NCBI GenBank assembly: GCA_951406725.2
Contig: OX597843.1
Span: 5,146,001-5,210,000 of the forward strand
Length of the DNA: 64,000 nucleotides
From: Octopus vulgaris
Taxonomy: Eukaryota
Direction: 5' to 3'
Positions 52,057 to 64,000 of the stretch are shown here, piece by piece; position 1 is the first letter of the stretch; each line of letters starts with the position of its first letter. The notes beneath the pieces are model-generated. The model saw only the letters and a program-made list of their open reading frames with translations. It was not told the DNA's origin and did not search any database. Position numbers and translations under genes: made by a program.

Positions 52057-53058
52057 GGCATAACTACACAATTCGGCCCCACCCACTTTGTTTCTTTATA
52101 ACTTAAATGCCCTTCAGATGGTGTAGAACATGATTATATCGGAATTTAACGTAAAAAGAAGATAGGCAGACAGGGGAATCGGCCTAATTCTGCTGCGTAT
52201 ATCGTAGTTTGCTGCCAATAAATAAATAATATAGGGCCCAATATCTTGATTTCTTCCCATACACATCTATAATGATACATATCATTTTTTCCTAAAATCA
52301 CTCATAAAATCACGCGCTGACAAACGGGGGGGGGCGGCCTCGGAAAATTGCCTACGATTTAAAGAAAAATTTTCCGAGCCCCCTCCCCCCCGTTTGTCAG
52401 CGCGCTTTTTTTCGTCATATTCCTTCAATATACGATGCCTTACACCTGTTACACATATTTTTTTCCATTTTTGCCACCGGGTGCGGATCTCATTTTTCCC
52501 ACCGGGTGCGGATCTAGATATTAACCTTTGTAGATATACATATATATATATGCGATGTCTGTGTGTTTACAATAATTTATTCCACATTTCCCGACCACAT
52601 GGTTTCGGTTCGGTCCCATTGCGTGGCACCTAAAGCAAGGGTCATCTAATATAGCCCCAGGTCGACCAGAGCCGAGATGGAAACTGAAAGAATCTCGTGT
52701 GTGTGTCTTTGTGTTTATATTTGTTAATCCCCACCGCTGACAACCGGTATTGGTCTGTTTACGTCTTCGTAACTTAGCGTTTCGGCAAAGAAACAGAGGC
52801 AGATTGAATAATACCAAGCTTTAAAAAGAAAACTAGTAAAAACGGTAAGTCCTTATGTCGAACTAAGGTTGTGCCCCAACATGACCGCAGTTTAACGTCT
52901 GAAACAAATAAAAGATAAAGAACGAAACATATAATCTTAATCCAGACCATCTGAAAGGTATTTGTAGCAAATTTCATTTAAAATTATCCGTTATTCTGTA
53001 AGTTATGAAGGAACAAAGATGAAGTGGTGGTGGTGGAGCCTGATTGTGTAGTTATGCC
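52057..53058. mobile_element. TIR element (possibly PIF/Harbinger-like MITE) with nested insertions, ending ~50 bp from the exon-1 donor
   Basis: GGCATAACTACACAAT at 52057 and ATTGTGTAGTTATGCC ending at 53058 are exact inverted repeats; the same terminus occurs at ~25183-25198. Confidence 0.55.
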
Positions 53059-53110
53059 CTTATATAACCGACTGACCCACCCACCCCGAGAAGAACTCAG
53101 TAAAACTCAC

Positions 53111-53183
53111 CGAGGACCGTCATGTATTCGTCGAACTTTTCGCTGCTTTCCAGAATCCATTTTCCTGCTAAACCTGATGCCAT
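53111..53183 (-). CDS. FABP: FABP gene A, coding exon 1
   Basis: aaaccATGG...GTC CTC G|gtgagt = MASGLAGKWILESSEKFDEYMTVL(G). 73 nt, phase 1, joins exon 2 in frame across a ~19.7-kb intron; the four exons total 399 nt = 132 aa + stop. Confidence 0.92.
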
Positions 53184-53321
53184 GGTTTCTTCAGATGCGG
53201 CAGCGGACCAAAAGAAAACTGATGGAGATGAAGGATGGAGATGGAGAGAGAGGAAGACCCAGAGAGAGAGAGAGAGAGAGAGGCAGGAGGCAAGTAGTTC
53301 TCGTCGGGTATACAGGGTGAC

Positions 53322-53356
53322 AACTGAGCTACCCGGGACAGTCTCTTATATATATA
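53322..53356 (-). promoter_or_regulatory. Core promoter of FABP gene A (TATA + Inr)
   Basis: Minus-strand TATATATATAAG at 53356-53345 and a perfect TCAGTT initiator at 53327-53322, ~27-31 nt apart. Confidence 0.75.
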
Positions 53357-53910
53357 TCATCAAGCACACGTATTGACGAGTGTATATACGCATGTGTGTA
53401 TGTGTGTATACGCATACAGTGATGGGGGTGAGTGTATATTAGTAATATAGGCTAAAAGGGGAAGAGAGAGACAAAGAGAGAGAAAGAGAGAGAGAGAGAG
53501 AGATAGGTGTTCGTTCTAACCGTTCTTATCTATATCTTTCTTTTTCTCTCTCTCTCTCTCTCACCTTCTGTATCTTTCTCTTTTTCTCTATATCGTTAAC
53601 TCTATGTCTCTCTATCTCTCTTTCCCCCCCTCTCTTTGTCTTTCTCGTTGTCTCTAACTTTCACTTTCTCTCTCATTCCCAGCCCTTCCTCCCACTTCCA
53701 CCATTTCCTCTCGTTCTTCTCTCTATCGTTCACTTTCTCCCTTTCTCTCTCTATTTATTCCACACTCTCTCTCTCTCTCTCTCTCGATGTATCCCCATCC
53801 ATTTCTTCTCCCTGCCCCCTCCTCCTCGTCTCTCTCTAATTCCCCCCCAGTCTAACCCTTCTTTCCACTCGTCAAAGACACTGCGAGGGTGACACAGCAA
53901 CCCTAATCTC

Positions 53911-53925
53911 TGACCTCTGACCTTT
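53911..53925 (-). promoter_or_regulatory. Perfect DR1 nuclear-receptor element (AGGTCA-G-AGGTCA)
   Basis: Plus strand TGACCT C TGACCT TT, ~590 bp upstream of the predicted TSS, in non-repetitive sequence. Confidence 0.6.
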
Positions 53926-54988
53926 AAGACAACGGGAGAGTGGAAGAGGGGGGTGGAAGATAACAGGCAGACGACACTCACACAAATATGTATGTAAATG
54001 TATGAATATGTGTGTGCGTTTATACGTATGTATATATATGTGTGTGTGTGTCATCTGGAACTAAGGGAGGGGGACGGTGAAACGAAGAATTAAATGCTGG
54101 ATGATGATGTAGCTGGTGATAAAGCATTAAAGGGGGAGGAAAAAGGAGCGAAATGAGGATAAGGCACAGGAATTCACAGAAGGAGAGAGGGAGAAAGGTG
54201 AAGTGACTACTGAAAGATAAAGGGAGAGAGGGAAGGTGAAGGAAATGATAGGGTTGAGATCGAGAAGAAGAGAGAGGATGGGGGGAAAAGAGTAGAATGG
54301 ATAGAGAGAAAGGAGAAGGGAGGAGAGTAAAAGAGCTACTGAAAGAGAGGGGGAGGGAGGAAAAGCGTAAAGTGATATAGAGATAAAGAATGAGGAGGAG
54401 GAGGAAGTGAAGGGTAGAAAGTAAAGAAGGAGGGAAAGAGAGAGAATAGAAAAGATAGGAGAGAGGAACAAAGAGGAGGAGGAGGGCTGCAGCTGCTGTA
54501 AAACGAGATGAAAAGAGAGGAAGAAAGAGTGTATGGGAGGAAGTAGAAGGGGAAAGAGGGAAAGAGAGAAAGATACATTTCATAAAGGAAGGGGGAAAGA
54601 GAGACGCAATTTATGTAGAAAGAAGGGGAGGTGATGCAAGAGGTAGCGTCACGTGGTGTCTCCCGCGCCCGTCTGATTGCTTGTGGCGCGTTATTTGTAA
54701 AAGTGTTTTACGCCCGCTTCTTGTAGTAGACGAAATAAGGCCATTCCTGTCGTGACCATCCGATGCTATATTCAGAAACAGTATATCTAGGACTGCATAA
54801 TAGAATGTAACCAAGTGTGGTTTGCGGAAGATGTCGGCTGTTATTGATTCTACCTCTTAACTTTTACAGACTGGCCGTCTCCGTTTTTTAAGGAGTTCTT
54901 CGGTCGCCCCGATTCGTGTCTCTTGAAGCAGCAGGACATTGACAGCTGAGGGATAAAATTACAAGGGATCGTATTTATGGACGCGACA

Positions 54989-56276
54989 GGAGGGCTGGCA
55001 GAAACGTTAGCACGCCGTTACGTTCTGAGTTCAAATTCCGCCGAGGTCGACTTTGCCTTTCATCCTTTCGGGGTCGATCAATTAAGTACCAGTTACGCAC
55101 TGGGGTCGATGTAATCGACTTAATCTATTTGTCTGTCCTTGTTTGTCCCCTCTATGTTTAGCCCTTTGTGGGTAGTAAAGAAATAGGTATTTCGTCTGCC
55201 GCTACGTTCTGAGTTCAAATTCCGCCGAGGTCGACTTTGCCTTTAATCCTTTCGGGGTCGATAAATTAAGTACCAGTTACGCACTGGGGTCGATGTAATC
55301 GACTTAATACCTATGTCTGTCCTTGTTTGTCCCCTCTATGTTTAGCCCCTTGTGGGTAGTAAAGAAATAGGTATTTCGTCCATCGCTACGTTCTGAGTTC
55401 AAATTCCGCCGAGGTCGACTTTGCCTTTAATCCTTTCGGGGTCGATCAATTAAGTACCAGTTACGCATTGGGATTCGATGTAATCGACTTAATCCGTTTG
55501 TCTGTCTTTGTTTGTCCCCTCTGTGTTTAGCCCCTTGTGGGTAGTAAAGAAATAGGTATTTCGTCCATCGCTACGTTCTGAGTTCAAATTCTGCCGAGGT
55601 CGACTTTGCCTTTCATTCTTTCGAGGTCGATAAATTAAGTACCAGTTACGCACTGAGGCCGATGTAATCGACTTAATCCGTTTGTCTGTCCTTGTTTGTC
55701 CCCTCTATGTTTAGCCCCTTGTGGGTAGTAAAGAAATAGGTATTTCGTCTGTCGTTACGTTGTGAGTTCAAATTCCGCCGAGGTCGACTTTGCCTTTCAT
55801 CCTTTCGGGGTCGATTAAATAAGTACCAGTTACACACTGGAGTCGATGTAATCGACTTAATCCGTTTGTCTGTCCTTGTTTGTCCCCTCTGTGTTTAGCC
55901 CCTTGTGGGTAGTAAAGAAATAGGTATTTCGTCTGCCACCACGTTGTGAGTCCAAATTCCGCTGAGGTCGACTTTGCCTTTAATACTTTCGGGGTCGATA
56001 AATTAAGTACCAGTTACGCACTGGGGTCGATGTAATCGACTTAATCCCTTTGTCTGTCTTTGCTTGTCCCCTCTGTGTTTAGCCCCTTGTGGGTAATAAA
56101 GAAATAGGTATTTCGTCTGCCGTTACGTTGTGAGTTCAAATTCCGCCGAGGTCGACTTTGCCTTTCATCCTTTCGGGGTCGATAAATTAAGTACCAGTTA
56201 CGCACTGGGGTCGATGTAATCGACTTAATCCGTTTTTTTTTCCCCTCTGTGTTTAGCCCCTTGTGGGTAATAAATA
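54989..56276 (+). repeat. Tandem array of seven 184-bp units of a Meta-domain-like SINE (family C)
   Basis: Units register at 55020, 55204, 55388, 55573, 55757, 55941 and 56125, with two more at 56523 and 56707. Each has GAGT(T/C)CAAATTC (B box) and GCCTTT(C/A)ATCCTTTCGGGGTCGAT..AAGTACCAG. Dispersed monomers at ~7757-7953, 14545-14753, 30460-30628 and 35806-35966 (all -). Confidence 0.92.
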
Positions 56277-57464
56277 GATTTCCAGTTCTTTTTTTATATT
56301 AACATCTGATTGGTTTATAGACAAGGCACAAGCGTTACTATGAAGGTAAGAAGCTTGCTTCCCAACCGTGTGGTTATGGGTTCATTACCACTGCGTCGCA
56401 AGACTCCTATTTCGCGTTGGTCCAGTCCACACAGCTGGCAAAAGTGATTAGTAATCTGTTTTTCAAAGGGGCCAGCCATGTCACACTCTGTGTCATGCTG
56501 AATCTCCCTGAGAACTACATTGACGTTCTGAGTTCAAATTCCGCCGAGGTCGACTTTGCCTTTCATCCTTTCGGGGTCGATAACTTAAGTACCAGTTACT
56601 CACTGGGGTCGATGTAATCGACTTAATCCGTTTGTCTGTCCTTGTTTGTCCTCTCTGTGTTTGGTCCCTTGTGGGTAGTAAAGAAATAGGTATTTCGTCC
56701 ATCGCTACGTTCTGAGTTCAAATTCTGCCGAGGTCGACTTTGCCTTTCATCAATTCGGGGTCGATTAAATAAGTACCAGTTACGCACTAGGGTAGATCTA
56801 ATCCATTTCTCTGTCCCCTCTGTGTTTAGCCCCTTGTGGGTAGTAAAGAAATAGATTTCCAGTTCTTTCTTTATATTAACATCTGATTGGTTTATATACA
56901 AGGCACAAGCGTTACTATGAAGGTAAGAAGCTTGCTTCCCAACAGTTTATTTTGCCGAACCGCTAAGTTACGGAGAGGTAAACACACCAACATCGGTTGT
57001 CAAGTGATGGTGGGTGGACAAACACAGGCACACAAACATATACATATATATATATAACTAAAAGAAGGCCTTTGTATATTTGCAATTTGTTCATGGTTTG
57101 GGTCCTGTCAAGGGTCTTCTCTCTGTGTATAAATCATTATACACTCTTATATATACATATATAAGCAACAAAAATGACTCCGGCAATTTGGTACGATTGT
57201 TTCGCACTACAACATTTTATTAAAAGTTGTAAGTATTACAGCAGATATATATACTCTTTACTCTTTTACTTGTTTCAGTCATTTAACTGCGGCCATGCTG
57301 GAGCACCGCCTTTAATCGAGCAACTCGACCCCTGGACTTATTCTTTTGTAAGCCCAGTACTTATTCTATCGGTATCTTTTGCCGAACCGCTAAGTGACGG
57401 GGACATAAACACACCAGCATCGGTTGTCAAGCAATGCTAGGGGGACAAACACAGACACACAAAC

Positions 57465-57495
<31 letters not shown>

Positions 57496-58325
57496 CATAT
57501 ATACGACGGGCTTCTTTCAGTTTCCGTCTCCCAAATCCACTCACAAGGCATTGGTCGGCCCGGGTCTATAGCAGAAGACACTTGCCCAAGATGCCACGCA
57601 GTGGGACTGAACCCGGAACCATGTGGTTGGTAGACAAGCTACTTACCACACAGCCACTCCTGCGCCTAACCATGTGAAACAGCAGGTTTTATATCAAAAG
57701 TGTCAACCTTCTAGAAGGATGCTGTAACAACAAGTGGAGGCGCAATGGCCCAGTGGTTAGGGCAGTGGACTCGTGGTCGTAGGATCGCGGTTTCGATTCC
57801 CAGACCGGGCGTTGTGAGTGTTTATTGAGCGAAAGCACCTAAAAGCTCCACGAGGCTCCGGCAGGGGATGGTGGTGATCCCTGCTGTACTCAAGGTGGAG
57901 GCGCACCGGGCGTTGTGAGTGTTTATTGAGCGAAAACACCTAAAAGCTCCACGAGGCTCCGGCAGGGGATGGTGGTGATCCCTGCTGTACTCTTTCACCA
58001 CAACTTTCTCTCACTCTTACTTCCTGTTTCTGTTGTACCTGTATTTCAAAGGGCCGGCCTTGTCACTCTCTGTGTCACGCTGAATATCCCCGAGAACTAC
58101 ATTAAGGGTACACGTGTCTGTGGAGTGCTCAGCCACTTACACGTTAATTTCTCGAGCAGGCTGTTCCGTTGATTCGGATCAACCGGAACCCTCGTCGTCG
58201 TGACCGACGGAGTGCTTCAAGAAGCTGTAACATCAGCTAGGGCTCCCTTGCACCTGGTGGTTTTCCTGCATCCCCTGACACTAATTAAAGGTATTTCTCT
58301 GCATCTCCATGCCCAGAGAGATTAT

Positions 58326-59311
58326 ACTCTTTACTCTTTTACTTGTTTCAGTCATTTTGACTGCGGCCATGCTGGAGCACCGCCTTTAGTCGAGCAAATC
58401 GACCCCGGGACTTATTCTTTGTGAGCCCAGTACTTATTCTATCGGTCTCTTTTGCCGAACCGCTAGGTGACGGGGACGTAAACACACCAGCATCGGTTGT
58501 CAAGCAATGCTAGGGAGACAAACACAGACACACACATACATATATATATATATACATATATACGACAGGCTTCTTTCAGTTTCCATCTACCAAATCCACT
58601 TACAAGGCTTTGGTCGGCCCGGGGCTATAGTAGAAGACACTTGCCCAAGATGCCACGCAGTGGGACTGAACCCGGAACCATGTGGTTGGTAAGCAAGCTA
58701 CTTACCACACAGCCACTCCTGCGCCTATATATATATATATATACGACAGGCTTCTTTCAGTTTCCATCTACCAAATCCACTCACAAGGCTTTGGTCGGCC
58801 CAAGGCTATAGTAGAAGACACTTGCCCAAGATGCCACGCAGTGGGACTGAACCCGGAACCATGTGGTTGGTAAGCAAGCTACTTACCACACAGCCACTCC
58901 TGCGCCTATATATATATATATACGACAGGCTTCTTTCAGTTTCCGTCTACCAAATGCACTTACAAGGCTTTGGTCGGCCCGGGGCTATAGTAGTAGACAC
59001 TTGCCTGAGATGCCACGCAGTGGGACTGAACCCGAACCATGTGGTTGGTAAGCAAGCTACTTACCACACAGCCACTCCTGCGCCTATATATATATATATA
59101 TACGACAGGAAAGCGGACGTTAAACGATGATGATGATGATGATGATGATGACAGGCTTCTTTCAGTTTCCGTCTACCAAATCCACTTACAAGGCTTTGGT
59201 CGGCCTGGGGCTATAGTAGTAGACACTTGCCTGAGATGCCACGCAGTGGGACTGAACCCGGAACCATGTGGTTGGTAAGCAAGCTACTTACCACCCACCA
59301 CTCCTGCGCCT
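58326..59311 (-). mobile_element. SINE-A with four tandem head modules
   Basis: One 3' half plus four ~180-bp heads separated by (TA)n. Confidence 0.88.
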
Positions 59312-60537
59312 ATTATCATCACATATACTAGGTAAATCATAGCTGGGACCCTGACAGTCGGTACTACTTGGGGTCAGAGCAGACCAGGGAACAACAGTGG
59401 GTTGTGATATATGATTAAAGATGTGAATTGAGGTCAATATAGGAACACTTCGTCGGTTGCGACGACGAGGGTCCCAGCTGATACGATCAACGGAATAGCC
59501 TGCTCGTGAAATTAGCATGTAAGTGGCTGAGTACTCCACAGACACGTGTACTCTTAACGTAGTTCTCAGAAGATTCAGCATGACACAGAATGTGACAAGG
59601 TTGGCCCCTTTCAATTACTGGTACAACTCATTTTTGCCAGCTGTGTGGACTGGAGCAACGTGAAATAAAGAGATTCAAGGGCACAAAGCGCCGCTGGGAA
59701 TTGAACTCATGACCTTATGCTCATGAGCCAAATGCCCTAACCGCTAAGCCACGTGCCTTCATTGAGGTCAATATATAATGACTGATGAACAGGGGTGGAG
59801 GTGCATTTAAAGGGGACACACACTGTGATGGTGACTGATATATATATACACACACTGTGCTTGAGGGGACCTATTGAGTCAAGGACATTAACATCAAAAA
59901 ATCAAATGGAAATTGTAGTCGTGAAACCTGTGCCAGTGGCACGTAAAAAGCACCATCTGAACGTGGCCGATCCCAGCGCCACCTTGACTGGTTTCCGTGC
60001 TGGTGGCACGTAAAAAGCACCAACCGATCGTGGCCGTTGCCAGCCTCGCCTGGCACCTGTGCCGGTGGCATGTAAAAAGCAGCCACTACACTTGCGGAGT
60101 GGTTGGCGTTAGGAAGGGCATCCAGCTGTAGAAACACTGCCAGATCAGACTGGAGCCTGGTGCAGCTTCCTGGCTTCCCAGACCCCGGTCGAACCTTCCA
60201 ACCCATGTTTTTAGTCAAGCAAATTGACCCCAGGAATGTTTCTTTAATTGTGTTTTACATTTTGTACAGAAAAACTTATGACATGAAGCTGTTGTGGTTT
60301 TGTCTATGATGGACTCTCCCGTCAAGAGTCTGAATAATCTTAAACAATATACTCTTCTACATATTTGACTTATAGGTGCAGGAGTGGCTGTGTGGTAAGT
60401 AGCTTGCTTACCAACCACATGGTTCTGGGTTCAGTCCCAATGCGTGGCACCTTGGGCAGCTGTCTTCTACTATAGTCTCTGGCCGACCAAAGCCTTGTAA
60501 GTGGATTTGGTAGATGGAAACTGAAAGAAGCCCGTTG

Positions 60538-60574
<37 letters not shown>

Positions 60575-61211
60575 ATATATATTTGCGTGCCTGTGTTTGT
60601 CCCTTCCCCCCAACATCGCTTGACAACCGATGCCGTTCTGCAAAAAGACCGATAGAATAAGTGCTAGGCTTACAAAGAATAAGTCCTGGGGTCAATTTGC
60701 TTGACTAAAAGTGGTGCTCCAGCATGGCCACAGCCAAATGACTGAAACAAGTAAAAGAGTAAAAGAGCATGGAAAGCAGACGTTAAACAATGATGATGAT
60801 ATGGTAGATGGTAAGGTGAGAGGTATTGGAGTGGCTCGGGAAAGAGAAGAGATGATGTGCAAGAAGCAGGTTATTTCATTTATTTATAATTATTATCAAA
60901 TGTCAAAGTCTTTTTATCACACGTCTATGATCTGGCCACTGCGACACCAGTTTATCTTTCTCAGTCAAATTGTTCTCTTTCGTTACCAACCCGGCTGAAA
61001 CCGGCTCTGGCTCTGTAGAACAAATGTCAATCTTCCACCAAACCTTAGTCACAATTTATGTTCCTAACACTAGCTTAATGATAACAAAGTTATTTTACTA
61101 AATTCTTTGTTATATTTAAAATAATTGAAAGAAACACAGAGCATCTCAACAGAAATATGGTAATGAAAGGCTTAATAAACTTGACAACTTCAACTGGTAA
61201 CACAGACAGTA

Positions 61212-61495
61212 GTGGCACTGACATAAAGCATAGCGGATTGGGGTGGTGTCTCTGTATATTGTGAACAGGGTCAGTGACATCGCAAACACTAAATATAGCA
61301 GATGGTGTCACTGGCACTACAGATGGTGGAGGGAGGTACCACTGATAAAAGACAGGGGCATTGACATGAAATATAGCAAATTGGGGTACTGGCTCTGTAT
61401 ATTGTGGACAGGGCCAGTGACATCGCAAACAGCTGACTGTGACACAGATACTAAATATAGCAGATGGTGAGACTGGTACTCCAGATGGTGGATGG
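61212..61495. repeat. Two-unit tandem duplication (~145-160 bp)
   Basis: CTCTGTATATTGTG(A/G)ACAGGG(T/C)CAGTGACATCGCAAACA...ACTAAATATAGCAGATGGTG occurs twice. Confidence 0.8.
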
Positions 61496-62100
61496 TGATA
61501 CAGACATCTTAGATCAGTGGTTCTCAACCCCAACTCTCAGGGTCACACATGGCCCTCTGGGATCTTTCCAGTGGGCCTTGACTGTCTTCCTTCTAAAAAC
61601 ATAATAAATGTTTCTTTAATTGTGTTTTACATTTTGTACAGAAAAACTTATGACATGAAGCTGTTGAGGTTTTGTTCTATGATGGACTCTCCCATCAAGA
61701 GTCTGAATAATCTTAAACAAAATACTCTTCTACATATTTGACTTTATAGGTGCAGGAGAGGCTGTGTGGTGAGTAGCTTGCTTACGAACCACATGGTTCC
61801 GGGTTCAGTCCTATTGCGTGGCACCTTGGGCAAGTGTCTTCTACTATAGTCTCTGGCCGACCATAGCCTTGTGAGTGGATTTGGTAGACGGAATATATAT
61901 ATATATACATACATATATATTTATTTATTTATAGGCGCAGGAGTGGCTGTGTGATAAGTAGCTTGCTAACCAACCACATGGTTCTGGGTTCAATCCCACT
62001 GCGTGGCATCTTGGGCAAGTGTCTTCTGCTATAGCCCCGGGCCGACCAATGCCTTGTGAGTGGATTTGGTAGACGGAAACTGAAAGAAGCCTGTCGTATG

Positions 62101-62133
<33 letters not shown>

Positions 62134-62321
62134 CTATATATGTTTGCGTGTCTGTGTTTGTCCCCTCCCCCCAACGTCGCTTGACAACCGATGCGGTTCT
62201 GCAAAAAGACCGATAGAATAAGTGCTAGGCTTACAAAGAATAAGTCCTGGGGTCAATTTGCTTGACTAAAAGTGGTGCTCCAGCATGGCCACAGTCAAAT
62301 GACTGAAACAAGTAAAAGAGC

Positions 62322-62363
<42 letters not shown>

Positions 62364-62986
62364 ATATATTTATTTATACATACATACACACACACGCAGC
62401 TACACATACCATCAGAGTGCAATGAAACTGTATTCTATCATGATACCATTTTGTGCTCGGTGGTATGGTGTGGAAAGGATATCTGTGGTTGAGATTTAGC
62501 TTCTATTTCTAGCAACTGAAGTGACTACGGAGGTTCTCCTCCAAATGCAATGGAGCCAGCGTAATGGTAGCAAATGTTGGTGGTGGTGGTGGTATGGGTG
62601 GTTGTAGTGGTGGTGGTGGTTGCATTGGTGACAATGTTTTGTCAAGGAGATAACAACAGGGTGACAAGGTCCAAGGAAATCACTCTAACATCAAACGGGG
62701 TCACACACCTCAGTTCCACCCTGCTACTACCCCGACTTCTCCCACCCCCACACCCAACACCACCACCACCACCCTCCTCTTGCATTCGACGCCTTCCCCC
62801 CTACATTCCTCCCACACCCAGATCCTACCTATCTCACCTGTATCAATGAGAGATAACAATAAAAGCTGGGTGGTGTGGTCGTGGTGTGGGGGGATGCAAC
62901 ACAGGGTGTCAGTGGGGTATGCAATACACAGAGATATGCAAGTAATGATTGGGGTGGGGTGCCGGTGGTGTTGATGGAGGTGTCAG

Positions 62987-63245
62987 AGTGGTGATAGTGG
63001 TGGTGGCGGTGATGGTGGTGGTGGCGGTGATGATGGTGGTGATGACGGTGATGATGTTGGTGGTGGTGATAGTGGTGGTGGTGGTGGTGGTGGTGATGGT
63101 GGTGGTGATGACGGTGATGATGTTGGTGGTGATGATGGTGGTGGTGGTGGTGATGGTGGTGGTGATGGTGGTGGTGATGGTGGTGGTGTTGGTGGTGGTG
63201 GTGATGGTGGTGGTGGTGATGGTGATGGTGGTGGTGGTAGTGGTT
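62987..63245. repeat. (GGT/GAT)n trinucleotide repeat
   Basis: Direct inspection; gives spurious poly-His and poly-Val ORFs. Confidence 0.95.
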
Positions 63246-63726
63246 ACATGAAATTTTGCATGAAAGTGGTGGCCGGTTACTCAATATGGTTTTCTAGAGA
63301 AATTGTTTCATTAGATGCTTGCAAGAAGTGGGGCGATAGGGACTTCGAAGTTTTGGGGCTTGCTGGTCTTCACTCAAATATGTGCCTACGTGAATGTGTA
63401 TGTGTGTGTACTTATGTGTTTGTGTGCATCTGTGTGTCTGCATATACACATACACGTATTATATATATATATATATATACATGTATATATATACATATGT
63501 ATATATATACATATAGATAGATAGATAGACAGATCCACACACGCACATAAATATATGCATGTGTATATATGCATGTATATATATGTATATGTGTGTGCGT
63601 GTGTATATATATATATGCATATTTATGTATATGTGTGTGTGTGCTGCATATATGTATCTATGTATATGCACATATATATATATACATACATACATGTGCA
63701 TGTACATATATATATGTATATGCATG

Positions 63727-63762
<36 letters not shown>

Positions 63763-64000
63763 TATGTATATGCATGTATATATACATATACATGCATATA
63801 CACACACATGCACATATACATAATATATACATATATACACATACACACACATGAATATATACATACACACACACAGCTGTGTGTAAGACCTTTGGTCTCC
63901 TCCCAAATCTTCAATGTTACCTTCTAGTAGTTGTCAAAGGTCACACTGTGCGGTGGAGGGGGTGGGGTGGGTGGGGGTAGAGTGAAGATGGTGTAGGAGG

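Noticed and set aside
52313-52412. Hairpin followed by a T-run resembling a rho-independent terminator
   Set aside because: Eukaryotic intron with no bacterial gene context; treated as a repeat-derived or RNA hairpin instead.
55020-56276. Retrozyme-like tandem repeat
   Set aside because: No CUGANGA...GAAA hammerhead core on either strand of the 184-bp unit.

Overview
AT-rich, repeat-dense eukaryotic DNA. The SINE/LINE repertoire and (TA)n/(CA)n load suggest a coleoid cephalopod, probably an octopus; this is inference. The only host genes I can support are two tandem minus-strand fatty-acid-binding-protein (FABP/iLBP) genes. Gene A is complete, with CDS exons at 53111-53183, 33246-33418, 31984-32082 and 30313-30366 (73/173/99/54 nt, 132 aa, all GT-AG). 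It has a TATA box, an Inr, a perfect DR1 nuclear-receptor element upstream and a poly(A) signal. Only the promoter and exon 1 (1817-1889) of a paralogue, gene B, are present before it runs off the left edge. Most of the rest is mobile DNA: at least three tRNA-related SINE families, RTE, CR1, RLE-type, Tx1-like and Penelope-like fragments, a mariner remnant, MITEs and five non-autonomous Helitrons. The most unusual structures are (1) a ~3.9 kb intronic segment between two Helitrons that is circularly permuted, as if a DNA circle had integrated, (2) hammerhead-ribozyme-like motifs, two of them in inverted orientation, (3) a twin-priming-type inverted RTE insertion, (4) a templated repair-type insertion and (5) a 184-bp tandem array of A-box-less SINE units upstream of gene A. 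Nearly all long ORFs in the track are microsatellite or SINE artefacts. Repeat boundaries were read by eye and are approximate.
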